Shown: positions 30,184 through 40,158 of the stretch, in pieces
Numbering within the stretch: the first letter of the stretch is position 1
How the letters are laid out: every line of letters begins with the position of its first letter
Source: Trueperaceae bacterium
Lineage (GTDB): Bacteria > Deinococcota > Deinococci > Deinococcales > Trueperaceae
Direction: 5' to 3'
Assembly (NCBI GenBank): GCA_965214405.1
Contig: OZ243956.1
Span: 1,184,001-1,248,000 of the forward strand
Length of the DNA stretch: 64,000 bases
The notes under the pieces: model-generated
Database searches by the model: none
The model's input: the letters and a program-made list of their open reading frames with translations, nothing else
What the model was told of the DNA's origin: nothing
Made by a program: the position numbers and the translations under genes

Positions 30184-31380
30184 ATGAATCCCCTTTCTGC
30201 AGGCAACCTTTTCAAACTCGTGCGCGAAATCGACTTGGGCGCGATTCAGCGCGAGTCCGAGCGACGTTTTCGCCTTCTCGTCTTGGGTGACGAAGCCCTG
30301 ACGACCGCCCTGGCCGAGGGCTTGAGTGGGGGCGACGGCAAAAGGGGGGTACATCCGTGGCTCGAGCGGCGCCCCTTGGGAACACCCGGCGACTTAAGCG
30401 GCTTTGACCTCGCGCTCCTCGTCCGCGGCGATGTTGAGTATGTAGGGGAGCGTGAAATGAACCCGGAGGCGCAGCTCGAAGCCCTCCGCAACGCGCGCAT
30501 TCCCGTCGTGACCGTTGTCGTCAGCCCCACGGCCGAAACCCAGGTCGGGGCCGAGCTGCCGCGCGACGCGGAAACGGCGCGGGTGCTGCTGCCGGACACG
30601 GAGCCGGGTACCCTCACCCAGAAACTCGCGCCCGCCCTCCTCAAAGTCGCGCAGGGCGACCTGCGCCTCGCGTTGGCGCGGGGGCTGCCTCCGCTGCGCC
30701 CCGCGGCCATGCGCGCGCTTATCGAAGAGACCGCGCGCGCCAACGCGATTTACACGGCCTCCACGGGTCTCGCGGCGGTGGTGCCCGTCCTGAACGTGCC
30801 GCTGGGCGTCGCCGACATTTTTGTGCTGACCAAAAACCAGCTCGTGATGGCCTACAAGCTCGCGCTCGCGGGCGGCAAGGGGGGCAAGCCGCAAGACGTG
30901 ATGGGCGAAATCGTGAGCGTCTTGGGCGGCGGCTTCTTTTTCCGGCAAGTCGCGCGTGAGTTGGTCGGCTTTGTGCCCGTGGTGGGCATTTTGCCCAACA
31001 TCGCGGTGTCTTATGCGGGCACTTGGCTTATCGGGCAGAGCGTGCAGCTCTGGGTCTTGGAGGGCAAAAAACTCAACGTGAGCGAGATGCGCCGCTTGTA
31101 CGACGCGGCCTTGGAGGGGGGCCGTACGCTTGCCGGGGCGCTGCTCGAGCGCGCCCGCAGGAATCAAGGTGACTCAGAAAGTGACCACAAGCGCGCCCGG
31201 CTGCCGTGGCGGCTGTTACCGCGCACCCCCAAAGCCTCCCCGACGTCTTCTGACGGTCAAGAGATATTTTCCAATGGTCAAGATGATGGAAACGGTCAAG
31301 ATGATGGCGAAGGTCAGCAAGGCGAGCAGGGCGGGCGTGACGGGGCTCGAGAAGAAACGCGTAAGGGCGAGAGCTTGTAG
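30184..31380 (+). CDS. DUF697/YcjF-like protein
   Basis: C-terminal VPVLNVP...DIFVLTKNQ...ARELVGFVP region. Confidence 0.6.
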   Translation: MNPLSAGNLFKLVREIDLGAIQRESERRFRLLVLGDEALTTALAEGLSGGDGKRGVHPWLERRPLGTPGDLSGFDLALLVRGDVEYVGEREMNPEAQLEALRNARIPVVTVVVSPTAETQVGAELPRDAETARVLLPDTEPGTLTQKLAPALLKVAQGDLRLALARGLPPLRPAAMRALIEETARANAIYTASTGLAAVVPVLNVPLGVADIFVLTKNQLVMAYKLALAGGKGGKPQDVMGEIVSVLGGGFFFRQVARELVGFVPVVGILPNIAVSYAGTWLIGQSVQLWVLEGKKLNVSEMRRLYDAALEGGRTLAGALLERARRNQGDSESDHKRARLPWRLLPRTPKASPTSSDGQEIFSNGQDDGNGQDDGEGQQGEQGGRDGAREETRKGESL

Positions 31381-31499
31381 CTCTCGCCCAAATCAGGAAG
31401 GTGCCCAAACTGTATGTGTGCACAAGTGTCTTTACGTCGGTGACGAAGCCCGTGCAGAGTCGCACAACTTTTGGTACACCGCCAAATTAGAGAACCCCT

Positions 31500-32852
31500 C
31501 TACTGAGCGGGTTTAACGTTCATGACGACAAACACATAATCCTGATAGTCGCCGTTGTTGGCGTCTTCAAAGGTCACGAGGTAAGAGTTTGCCAGAAGCT
31601 GACCCTCGCGGTTTTTGAGCGGGTACACCCGCGCGGCGTGAGCAGTCTGCTGGGGCGCGGTGTTGTACTGGTCTTGGGTATAGCTCACGCGTTTGAAAAA
31701 TTGGCTGTCCACGTAGAAACCAAAAGGCTCGGTTTCCGGCTCGAACGTTTCGCTACCCACCTCGAGGGCGGGATTAAGCATTTGGCTTTCGCTCATTGCG
31801 CTCGAGAGCGCCCCCACCTGGTGCAGCACCGGCCTACCGTTCTGAAGCGTGTAGTAGCCGAAGGGCAGCGTTTCGGCGGGAGAATAGCGGGCAACAGCCG
31901 TCATCGTGACCGGACCCGGCCCAACCTTTTGAAAAAGGGGTGCCGCGACCTCGTCACCGATGGGCTGAGGGTTGGTGCCCAATTCTAACTGCGAGCCGCC
32001 CACGTCGATGGCGTAACCCAGCGTGTCCACGACCGCCTGGAGGGGCGGCTCTTTGTCGCCGCCCATTCCCTCGCTCGAGAGACCGTAGAGACCTACCTGC
32101 ACGTCCTCAGCGTCCTCGAGCGTCAGCGTCAAGGCCGCGCTCAAGGAGCCGGTGACGCCCGCGCGCGGCGCAAAGGCGAGTCCAAACTGAGCCTGCTCTC
32201 CGGGCATCAGGGTAAGGGGCGTTGAGGACGGCGCGAGCGTAAAGTCTTGCGCGTCGGTTCCCGTGAGCTGAGCCTCTGTCAGCGTCAAGGATGCGTCGCC
32301 CACGTTTGTGACCGTCACGGTTTGGTTGCCGCCGGTCTCCCCCTGAACTGCACTAAAGACGAGTTCTTGGGAGGCGGGCTCGAGCGCAACCTCGCCCGCG
32401 GGTACTTTTCCAGGCGTGTTTTGTACCGTTGTGAAATTCGTGCTGACGGGCACGAACGCCGCGCCGCGCTCGTCTTTTAGCGCCGACGTCACCATAAACG
32501 TGTACTGCGTTCCTGCCGTCAGGTCACTCGCAGGCGCAAAGGTCAGAAGGTCACCCTCAGCGGTCGCCGTGCCAGGGACGCTCACACCCGCGCCGGACGC
32601 GAGCTGCACGCCGGACGCGAGCGTCATCTTGTCTACCGCCGCCCCTTCAGGCAGCGTGAGCGTGGCGACGACGTCGGTCTCGAGGGGCACATCTACCGCG
32701 CCGTTGGCTGGTAGGACCGACGCTACGCTCGGCTGCTCGAGGGCGGGCTGCTCCGGACCACAAGCGGCTAAGACGAAAAGGAGCAAAAAGAGCGGCCCGA
32801 ACTTGTATACGGACTTGTGCGGCGTGTGCAAACGTGGATTATTCATGGGCAC
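31500..32852 (-). CDS. Lipoprotein with SbsA Ig-like and ASPM/choice-of-anchor-D Ig-like domains
   Basis: Lipobox LAAC; P.NGA.DV; VTVTNVG; C-terminal EDANNGDYQDYVF. Confidence 0.75.
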   Translation of the reverse strand: MPMNNPRLHTPHKSVYKFGPLFLLLFVLAACGPEQPALEQPSVASVLPANGAVDVPLETDVVATLTLPEGAAVDKMTLASGVQLASGAGVSVPGTATAEGDLLTFAPASDLTAGTQYTFMVTSALKDERGAAFVPVSTNFTTVQNTPGKVPAGEVALEPASQELVFSAVQGETGGNQTVTVTNVGDASLTLTEAQLTGTDAQDFTLAPSSTPLTLMPGEQAQFGLAFAPRAGVTGSLSAALTLTLEDAEDVQVGLYGLSSEGMGGDKEPPLQAVVDTLGYAIDVGGSQLELGTNPQPIGDEVAAPLFQKVGPGPVTMTAVARYSPAETLPFGYYTLQNGRPVLHQVGALSSAMSESQMLNPALEVGSETFEPETEPFGFYVDSQFFKRVSYTQDQYNTAPQQTAHAARVYPLKNREGQLLANSYLVTFEDANNGDYQDYVFVVMNVKPAQ

Positions 32853-33360
32853 CTACTTTGAGTGAATTTGAGTGAAGATGAGATAAGGCGAGAGGGAGGG
32901 GAAAAGCAACCGTACGGCGCGACACAGAAAACTTTCAGGTGGTGTGACCTTTCCCTCGTTCTTTTTACCACCCCGGAAACCGCCGAGATGCGTAAAGCTC
33001 ACACCGCCGTCCTCTTGTTAAATTTCTAAACAGGCACGAAACGTGTATGGGTCAGACCCTCTTTTCTCGGCACGCGCTCACCGTACCGGCGTCAGCGCTC
33101 GCGGAAGCGTAACACCCTGGCGGGTAAAACAGTGAGACGTTTTATAAAAACGGTTTATCTTTTATAACCCTGCTTGTTTTATAACCCTGCTCGGTCTTGT
33201 GAAAACCTCTGCCAAGCCGAATTCGTCAGAAAAACAACGAGGTGTAAAAGAATCCACATCTAAACGCCTTTGGGACGTGTAAAAGAGAATGAGAAAGCCC
33301 ACGTACTATTCCCTACCCGCTCAGGATTGGGCCGCTTCGACTGAGCACCGAGAGGAAACA

Positions 33361-34329
33361 ATGGACGTTAAAAAGCTTTTTGAAGCCAAGATGGACCGCC
33401 GCAAACTCATCAACAACCTAGGCATGTTGGGAGCCGGTGCGACGCTGGCCGCTTGCACACCCAGACCCACCGCCCAAACGCCGGACCTGGACACGCAGAT
33501 TCTCAACTTCGCGCTTAACTTAGAGTACCTCGAGGCCGAGTTTTACTTGGCCGCCATCGGGCGCACGCCCTCCTACGATACGGACGGCGTCGGCACCGTG
33601 GGCGCGGTGACGGGCGGCGCACCCGTAGATTTCGGTGATGACGACTTCGGCCAGGCCGTCCGCGCGTACGCCGAAGAAATTGCCACAGACGAAGAGAGAC
33701 ACGTTATCTTCTTGCGTCAAGCATTGGGTGACGCCGCGGTTGCCCGCCCCGCCATTAACATCGGCGGCGGCGCAGAAGGTGCGTTCGGCGTAGCCGCGAT
33801 GGCGGCGGGTGCCACCGCGGGGGTAAACGCCGACACCCAGACGGCCCTCTCAACATTCAGCCCTTACACCAACGCGCTCTTCTTCCTGCACGGCGCTTTT
33901 ATCTTTGAGGACGTTGGCGTAACGGCCTACAAAGGCGCTTCCCCGCTAGTGACAAATGAAACCTTCCTCGAGGCTGCCGCTGGCATTCTGGGCGTCGAGG
34001 CCTACCACGCGAGCGAGGTCCGCACGCTTCTTTACCAAAACAGAACCGAAGTTGCGATTCCCGCGGGCGCTGAGGGCTCGAGCGTCGCGCTCGACGTCCA
34101 GACTATTGTCGGCGCGATTTCGGCGTTGCGCGCGGCTCTTGGCAACGGCAAAGACCAGGGTATTGTCCTTGACGGCAGAGCCAACATTGTGCCCACCGAC
34201 AACAACTCCATCGCCTTTAGCCGCTCCCCGCGCGAAGTGCTTAACATCGTGTACGGAGCCGTAGGTGCCGCTTCGGGTCTGTTCTTCCCCAACGGGGTCA
34301 ACGGTACCTTTACAGATTTGCTGGCATAA
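33361..34329 (+). CDS. Ferritin-like desiccation-related protein (PCC13-62 type), Tat lipoprotein
   Basis: DRRKLI...LAAC; LNFALNLEYLEAEFY, DEERHV, FEDVGVTAYKG, VEAYH, FFPNG. Confidence 0.88.
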   Translation: MDVKKLFEAKMDRRKLINNLGMLGAGATLAACTPRPTAQTPDLDTQILNFALNLEYLEAEFYLAAIGRTPSYDTDGVGTVGAVTGGAPVDFGDDDFGQAVRAYAEEIATDEERHVIFLRQALGDAAVARPAINIGGGAEGAFGVAAMAAGATAGVNADTQTALSTFSPYTNALFFLHGAFIFEDVGVTAYKGASPLVTNETFLEAAAGILGVEAYHASEVRTLLYQNRTEVAIPAGAEGSSVALDVQTIVGAISALRAALGNGKDQGIVLDGRANIVPTDNNSIAFSRSPREVLNIVYGAVGAASGLFFPNGVNGTFTDLLA

Positions 34330-34346
34330 AAACCCTTTTCTTATGT

Positions 34347-34379
34347 GGGTGTCCGGCAGCTTGACCGGACGCCCTTTTT
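34347..34379 (+). terminator. Intrinsic terminator
   Basis: GGGTGTCCGG...CCGGACGCCC followed by TTTTT. Confidence 0.75.
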
Positions 34380-34509
34380 GCTCCGATTTTTGAAGCCGAG
34401 GCTGGATGAAGGTCCGGTCAACGGTTTCGCAGCACGCTATAAGTGCAATACTACACACGTAAGACGTAAGAAGTGCTAAGGTAGAAGCACGAACATAGGA
34501 GGTTTCGCC

Positions 34510-34833
34510 ATGCGCATCGGTCCTTTAGGCTTACCCGAGATCATCATCATCCTCATTGTGGTGCTCTTAATCTTTGGCCCGCGCCGCCTGCCCGAGATGG
34601 CAAAAGGTATCGGCCAATCCGTCCGGGAGTTCCGCAAGGGCATCCGCGACATGAAAGACGACTTTGAGAGTGAGGTCAACAAAGACGACGAGAAAAAGAC
34701 TCCTCAGGTGAGCGTCTCGAGCATCCCCGACAGCACCTTAGAGTCAGAACGTGCCCAACTTCGCGCCGAGCAAGAGCGCCTGAGCGCCGAAAAAGAAGCG
34801 TTCCGGATGGAAAGGGAAAAGACGAACGCTTAG
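34510..34833 (+). CDS. tatA: Twin-arginine translocase TatA
   Basis: GLPEIIII...FGPRRLPE...GIGQSVREFRK. Confidence 0.93.
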   Translation: MRIGPLGLPEIIIILIVVLLIFGPRRLPEMAKGIGQSVREFRKGIRDMKDDFESEVNKDDEKKTPQVSVSSIPDSTLESERAQLRAEQERLSAEKEAFRMEREKTNA

Positions 34834-34987
34834 GCTCGAGCTGTCGCCAGCAGGTATTATCTGGTTTAAGCAAAGCTAAGCCATTGATTAGACGTTTGAG
34901 ATGTATACACGGTGATATTTGCATCGATGGACTCGGCGTCAACGGAAACCGCTGTAGCTCAGAACTTAGTTCCAAAGAGGTCATGAC

Positions 34988-35719
34988 GTGACGCTAATCG
35001 AACATTTTGAAGAGTTGCGCACGCGCCTCTTTATCGCGGTGGGTGCGTGGATTGTGGGCGCGGGCATCGCGTTTATTTTTCGCTTTACCATTATCGACTG
35101 GCTTAACCAACCCCTGCCACCTAACATCAACCTCGTCGCGCTCGGGTTTCTCGAGCCCTTTACGGTTAGTATGCAGGTTGCCTCCTTTTTTGGACTCGTG
35201 CTGGCAGCACCGGTGATTGGTGGTCAAATTTGGGGCTTTATCGCGCCAGGTCTTTATGATGAGGAGCGCCGCTGGTCGGTGCCTTTCATTCTATTTACCG
35301 CCCTCGCTTTCGCGCTCGGCGTTCTTTTTGCGCGCTACGCGGTGTTACCCTTCACTGTTCCCGTTATCTTAGGATTTTTGGGTGGCGAGGTGACGGTTCT
35401 CCCCTCTATCGGAGACTACATCTCCAAAATCATCCTCATCATGGCGGTGTTTGGGACTATTTTTGAGATGCCCGTGCTCGGTTTTCTCTTAGCGCGCTTG
35501 GGTCTCATCTACGCGCCGATGCTGCGGCAGTATCGCCGCTACGCCATCGTGATTGGCTGCGTCCTGGCGGCGGTTATTACCCCTACCGCCGACCCCTTTA
35601 ATTTCGCGCTTGTCGCCGTGCCGCTTGTGATACTCTACGAAATAAGCATCATCGTCGTACGGTTGTCACAGCGAAAGGTGGAGCATGGAGCAGATTCAGG
35701 ATTTACGCAAACGCATTGA
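34988..35719 (+). CDS. tatC: Twin-arginine translocase TatC
   Basis: EHFEELRTRL, FIAPGLY, FEMP, AVITPTAD, LYE. Confidence 0.93.
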   Translation: MTLIEHFEELRTRLFIAVGAWIVGAGIAFIFRFTIIDWLNQPLPPNINLVALGFLEPFTVSMQVASFFGLVLAAPVIGGQIWGFIAPGLYDEERRWSVPFILFTALAFALGVLFARYAVLPFTVPVILGFLGGEVTVLPSIGDYISKIILIMAVFGTIFEMPVLGFLLARLGLIYAPMLRQYRRYAIVIGCVLAAVITPTADPFNFALVAVPLVILYEISIIVVRLSQRKVEHGADSGFTQTH

Positions 35720-36782
35720 TTCATTAAATTTGCAACTTTTGGAGCTTTTGTCCGAGCGGGCAAAAGTCGCCGAGGCCATCGGGGAAGTGCAGACGGGGCT
35801 GGGGCTGTCGCACTACGACCCGGTGCGCGAGCAGGAGATGCTGGACGCGCTGACTCAGGCCAATCCCGGTCCCTTTGACAACAGCACCGTCAAAAGCCTG
35901 TTCAAGAGCATTTTTCAGGCCAGTATGCACTTGGAGCAAGAGGCAGACAAGGTCAAATACCTCACCTCGCGCAAAACGAGGGCGGAGGATACGGTTGTCC
36001 GCGTCGGTGATGTGCCCATCGGCAGCGACCACGCGCCGGTGCTTATCGCCGGACCCTGCGCCATCGAGTCCAAGGAGCAGGTCGAGGCGACGGCGGCGTT
36101 CGTCTCGAGCCGCGGCGTGCGGCTTTTTCGCGGCGGGGCCTACAAACCCCGCACCGACCCCTACTCGTTTCAGGGACTCGGCGAAAAGGGTCTCAAAATA
36201 GGCCGCGAAGCCTGCGACAAGCACGACCTTAAGTTTATCGCCGAAGTGATGGACACCTGCGACGTGGCGATGGTCGGCGAGTACGTGGACGTGTTTCAAA
36301 TAGGCGCGCGCAACGCCCAGAATTTTGCCTTGCTGCGGGCGGTGGGTCGGGCCAATAAACCCGTTTTGTTAAAGCGCGGCCTGAGCGCCACCATCGAAGA
36401 ATGGCTTATGGCGGCGGAGTACCTGTTGAGCGAGGGCAACCGCAACGTGATTCTTTGCGAGCGGGGCATCCGCACCTTTGAAAAGTACACGCGCAACACC
36501 TTGGATGTGTCGGCGGTGGCGTTGGCGAAGCTCGAGACCCACCTCCCCGTCATGGTGGACGTGACGCACTCGGGCGGTCGCCGCGATTTGCTCGTTCCTC
36601 TGACTAAAGCCGGACTCGCGGTGGGGGCCGACGGCATTATGATCGAGGTTCACCCGAACCCCGCGGTGGCGCTGTCGGACAACAAGCAGCAGGTTGATTT
36701 TGAAACGTTCGACAAATACCTTGAAGAAACGGGTTACCACAAAAAACTCTCGCAGAAGCGGCACGAGGTCTACGGGTTTTAG
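35685..36782 (+). CDS. Bifunctional AroQ chorismate mutase / DAHP synthase (type I-beta)
   Basis: LRKRID...YDPVRE; IAGPCAIES, GGAYKPRT, LCERGIRTF. Confidence 0.92.
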   Translation: MEQIQDLRKRIDSLNLQLLELLSERAKVAEAIGEVQTGLGLSHYDPVREQEMLDALTQANPGPFDNSTVKSLFKSIFQASMHLEQEADKVKYLTSRKTRAEDTVVRVGDVPIGSDHAPVLIAGPCAIESKEQVEATAAFVSSRGVRLFRGGAYKPRTDPYSFQGLGEKGLKIGREACDKHDLKFIAEVMDTCDVAMVGEYVDVFQIGARNAQNFALLRAVGRANKPVLLKRGLSATIEEWLMAAEYLLSEGNRNVILCERGIRTFEKYTRNTLDVSAVALAKLETHLPVMVDVTHSGGRRDLLVPLTKAGLAVGADGIMIEVHPNPAVALSDNKQQVDFETFDKYLEETGYHKKLSQKRHEVYGF

Positions 36783-36823
36783 GCGGGGCTCGAGTCCTGG
36801 TTTATCCGAAAAAGCATAAGTAA

Positions 36824-36857
36824 AAAGAAAGCGCCCCCGTCGTGGGACGCTTTCTTT
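36824..36857. terminator. Bidirectional terminator between convergent genes
   Basis: AAAGAAAGCG...CGCTTTCTTT. Confidence 0.8.
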
Positions 36858-36877
36858 CGTTAAACCATTAGAAAACT

Positions 36878-37771
36878 TTACGCCGCAGCCTGCTGTTGCC
36901 GCTCCGACTCCTCTTTCCCCGCCTCGTCCAAGGCGCGAAAGTCCTCATCGCTCAGTTCCAGAGACGCCGCCGCGACGTTTTCTTCTAGGTGAGCCACCTT
37001 GCTCGTGCCGGGGATGGGCAGCATCACGGGGCTGCGCTTCAAGACCCAGGCGAGCGCGACCTGTGAGGGCGACGCGCCCAAGCGGCGCGCCACCTCGTCC
37101 ATCACGCTGCCCTCTTTTGCCAGGTCGCCCGCGGCTAATGGGAACCAGGGGATAAAGCCGATGTTCTCGCTCTCGCAGTAGTCCAGAACCTCTTCGCTTT
37201 TGCGCGACACGAGGTTGTACATGTTCTGCACGCTCACGACCTCGAAATATTCCCTCGCCGCTTCTATTTCCTCCACGCTCACCTCGCTCAGGCCCACGTG
37301 GCGGATGAGACCCTCTTCTTGCATCTTGGCGATTTCGGCGAACTGCTCCTCGCGCGGGACTTTGGGGTCGATGCGGTGGAGTTGCCAGAGGTCGATGCGC
37401 TCGAGGCCCAGACGCCGCAAACTCATCAAGACGCACTGCCGCAGGTACTCGGGGCGACCCACAGGCGTCCACTTGTTGGGGCCTTGCCGCGTGTTGGCCC
37501 CTTTGGTCGCGATAAGCAGACCGTCATAAGGATGGAGCGCTTCGTGAATCAGGTCTTCACTTACGTCGGGGCCGTAAGCGTCGGCGGTGTCGATAAAGTT
37601 GACACTTAACTCGGGAAGACGTTGGAGAACGCGGATTGCCTCGCCTTTGTCGTCAGGTTCGCCCCAAATCCCTTTGCCGGTAACCCGCATCGCGCCAAAA
37701 CCTAAACGGTTCACTTCCAAGTCGCCGCCCAGCTTAAAGGTGCCACTCGCCGCTGCATTGGGTGTTGTCAT
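36878..37771 (-). CDS. Aldo/keto reductase
   Basis: [28 protein letters not shown]. Confidence 0.92.
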   Translation of the reverse strand: MTTPNAAASGTFKLGGDLEVNRLGFGAMRVTGKGIWGEPDDKGEAIRVLQRLPELSVNFIDTADAYGPDVSEDLIHEALHPYDGLLIATKGANTRQGPNKWTPVGRPEYLRQCVLMSLRRLGLERIDLWQLHRIDPKVPREEQFAEIAKMQEEGLIRHVGLSEVSVEEIEAAREYFEVVSVQNMYNLVSRKSEEVLDYCESENIGFIPWFPLAAGDLAKEGSVMDEVARRLGASPSQVALAWVLKRSPVMLPIPGTSKVAHLEENVAAASLELSDEDFRALDEAGKEESERQQQAAA

Positions 37772-37985
37772 GTTGGCCTCGCTTTCTACCCAAATCTACG
37801 CCGCCCTTTTTACCCTTGCCTGTAAGGAGGGCGACGGTTCGCCTATATTTGTCCCCATATTTATCCAGGTCGAGAGGTAGACGGTAGCTGTCTTCGCTTG
37901 ATAGCACAAGCTTTTTAGCAATGTGGCGCACCGACGAACTGCATGGAGGCGAGTTTGGCTGGGCTACACGCTTGGTTGGAGCGTA

Positions 37986-38975
37986 CTAATGCGCATCCTG
38001 GACATAGAAGTTTCCGGCATCCGGCAAGGACACCGCGTTATGAGAACGTTGTTGCCTCGAGCGTTTCCGGTTGTACATCAGTTCGTCCGCGCGGTGCAAA
38101 AGCTGCTCTAAGTCGTCACCCGGTTCGCACAGCACCCGACCGATATCGGCCCACACCCCAATCCGACCGGCTGTGGTCTCGGCAGGCTCGGCGAAAAGTT
38201 CCTCGAGCCGCGTTGGGAACAAATCTTTTTTAGTCGCCACGACGAACTCGTCGCCGCCATAGCGCATCACGATGTCGGCCGTGCGGACTGAGCCGCGCAG
38301 ACGTTCAGCGACCTCACGCAATACGTCGTCACCCGCGCGGTGGCCGTAGGTATCGTTAATTTGTTTGAAATTACCGAGGTCGATAAACGAAAGATAAAAC
38401 GTCTCCCCGGTTCTCACCCAATCTTCTAAGCGCTCGAGTCCGGCACCGCGGTTTAAGACCATCGGGAGTAGGGTGTCGGTTCGCGCGACGCGCCGCTCTA
38501 AGTTGAGCGTCAAGAGAGCGGCGACCATCCCCCCTAGTGCGAGCGCGTTTACAGCAGCAAAGCGTACAAACCCTTCTGTTCCCCAGCCACCCACAGCAAG
38601 GGTCAACGTGGTCAGCAGAGCAAGTAAAAGGATAACGGCGGGGCGCGAACCGTTGAGCAGGAGTGTAAGAGCCAAACCAAACATCCAGGTGTAAGCAAGC
38701 GCTTGAAAGGGGCTCGCCGCGCCACCCGTCTCCCGAATAAAGAGGGCTAAAGCAGCCCCTTCACAAAGGTAGAGAAGCCAGGCGGTAGGGCTAAACGCGT
38801 CCCTGGCAAAGTAGGCGGCGATGTAGGCGGCTAACAACGCCAAAAGGACAAACGCCTGCGCCCCGTGTAGCGGCAACAGCCCAGTCAGGTAAAGAGTCAA
38901 ACAGAGCGGGAACGCCAGTAAACTACTGATAACGCGTTGCCGCCAGATAGCGTGGCTTGAGGCTCCAAATTTCAT
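37986..38975 (-). CDS. Membrane-bound diguanylate cyclase
   Basis: About 6 TM helices; FKQINDTYGH, RYGGDEF. Confidence 0.85.
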   Translation of the reverse strand: MKFGASSHAIWRQRVISSLLAFPLCLTLYLTGLLPLHGAQAFVLLALLAAYIAAYFARDAFSPTAWLLYLCEGAALALFIRETGGAASPFQALAYTWMFGLALTLLLNGSRPAVILLLALLTTLTLAVGGWGTEGFVRFAAVNALALGGMVAALLTLNLERRVARTDTLLPMVLNRGAGLERLEDWVRTGETFYLSFIDLGNFKQINDTYGHRAGDDVLREVAERLRGSVRTADIVMRYGGDEFVVATKKDLFPTRLEELFAEPAETTAGRIGVWADIGRVLCEPGDDLEQLLHRADELMYNRKRSRQQRSHNAVSLPDAGNFYVQDAH

Positions 38976-39141
38976 AACGGCGACTATACAAAATAAAGTC
39001 TTACAAAAAGCTAACAAGGTTTCAGAGGGTACCGGTAAGGGGCTCTCTCTTTCGGCGAAACCCAAGACTTTTGGTTAGGTAGTCTCGAGCCCGTTTCATC
39101 AAAGCGCGACTTTGGGCCTGGACTCGGCTAGACTGTAAGGC

Positions 39142-40149
39142 GTGTTCGATAAACTCCTCAACTTCATCGTCAAGGCGTCTTCCTTAGAGCCCGTCTATAC
39201 CCCCGAGCACTGCCTGGTCGTGACCAAAAAGGTGGGCGGCTGCACTCTCTGCCGCGACACCTGCCCGCACAACGCGATTACGATTAACAAACGGGTCGAA
39301 ATCGACGACATCGACTGCACGGGCTGCGGGCTCTGCGTGCAGGCGTGCCCGTCGCAGGCGCTAGAGAGCAAAGTGAGTTACCAGCCCGGCGCGCCCGTCA
39401 AGTGTTCGCAGGTGGGGGGCTCGGCGCAGACGGTCCAGTGCCTCACCCGGCTTCAGCCGAGCGACCTGCTGCGACTCGCCAGCACCCGCGGCAAGGTGAC
39501 GCTGGCGCGGGGCGACTGCGAAAGTTGCCACATCGGCGCGCCCGAAGTTTTACCGGCGCTTAACGCACTTGCCAAAGACGCGGCGGCGGTGGCGGCCTTG
39601 CGCGGGCGCGAGATTGACTTTCACATCACCCAGACGGACACGCTCGACACCACCGACAACCCCGACCCTGTGAGCCGCCGCGAACTCCTGCGGGGCGGCT
39701 TCCGCAGCGTCCAGCGGAGCGCCGCCGACGCGCTCAAGCCGCTCGACCCCGGCGGCGACACCGATAAAACGCTGCCCAAGGAGATGCAGCGGCACTTTAG
39801 GCTGATCGAGCGCGCGCAGCCCGAGGCCGAAACCGAAGTGCCCTGGACGCTGCCCCGCGTCCATGACGGCTGCATCATGTGCCCTGTCTGCACCAACGTC
39901 TGCCCGACGGACGCGTTTGAGCGTACCTTCGACCCGCCTGACAAGGGCGGCGGCGCGACCTTGCACCTGCACCCGGAGCGCTGCATGGGCTGCAACGCCT
40001 GCACTGCGTCCTGTCCCGTCAAGGTGATTACGCTGGACGATACCGTCACCTGGGAAGAACTTTCCGCAGGCACGCTGCCCGCCTACCGCAAGAATCCCAA
40101 GGATGAGCCGAAGGGGGCGGTCTCGAGGTCGCCAGGGAAGAACACGTAA
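39142..40149 (+). CDS. Polyferredoxin-like 4Fe-4S protein
   Basis: Four CxxCxxxCP / CxxCxxCxxxCP clusters. Confidence 0.88.
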   Translation: MFDKLLNFIVKASSLEPVYTPEHCLVVTKKVGGCTLCRDTCPHNAITINKRVEIDDIDCTGCGLCVQACPSQALESKVSYQPGAPVKCSQVGGSAQTVQCLTRLQPSDLLRLASTRGKVTLARGDCESCHIGAPEVLPALNALAKDAAAVAALRGREIDFHITQTDTLDTTDNPDPVSRRELLRGGFRSVQRSAADALKPLDPGGDTDKTLPKEMQRHFRLIERAQPEAETEVPWTLPRVHDGCIMCPVCTNVCPTDAFERTFDPPDKGGGATLHLHPERCMGCNACTASCPVKVITLDDTVTWEELSAGTLPAYRKNPKDEPKGAVSRSPGKNT

Positions 40150-40158
40150 AAGTTCATT

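Noticed and set aside
34980..34995. TGACG duplication creating ATG-ACG-TGA at the tatC start
   Set aside because: The in-frame GTG at 34988 has good RBS spacing, so tatC is intact.
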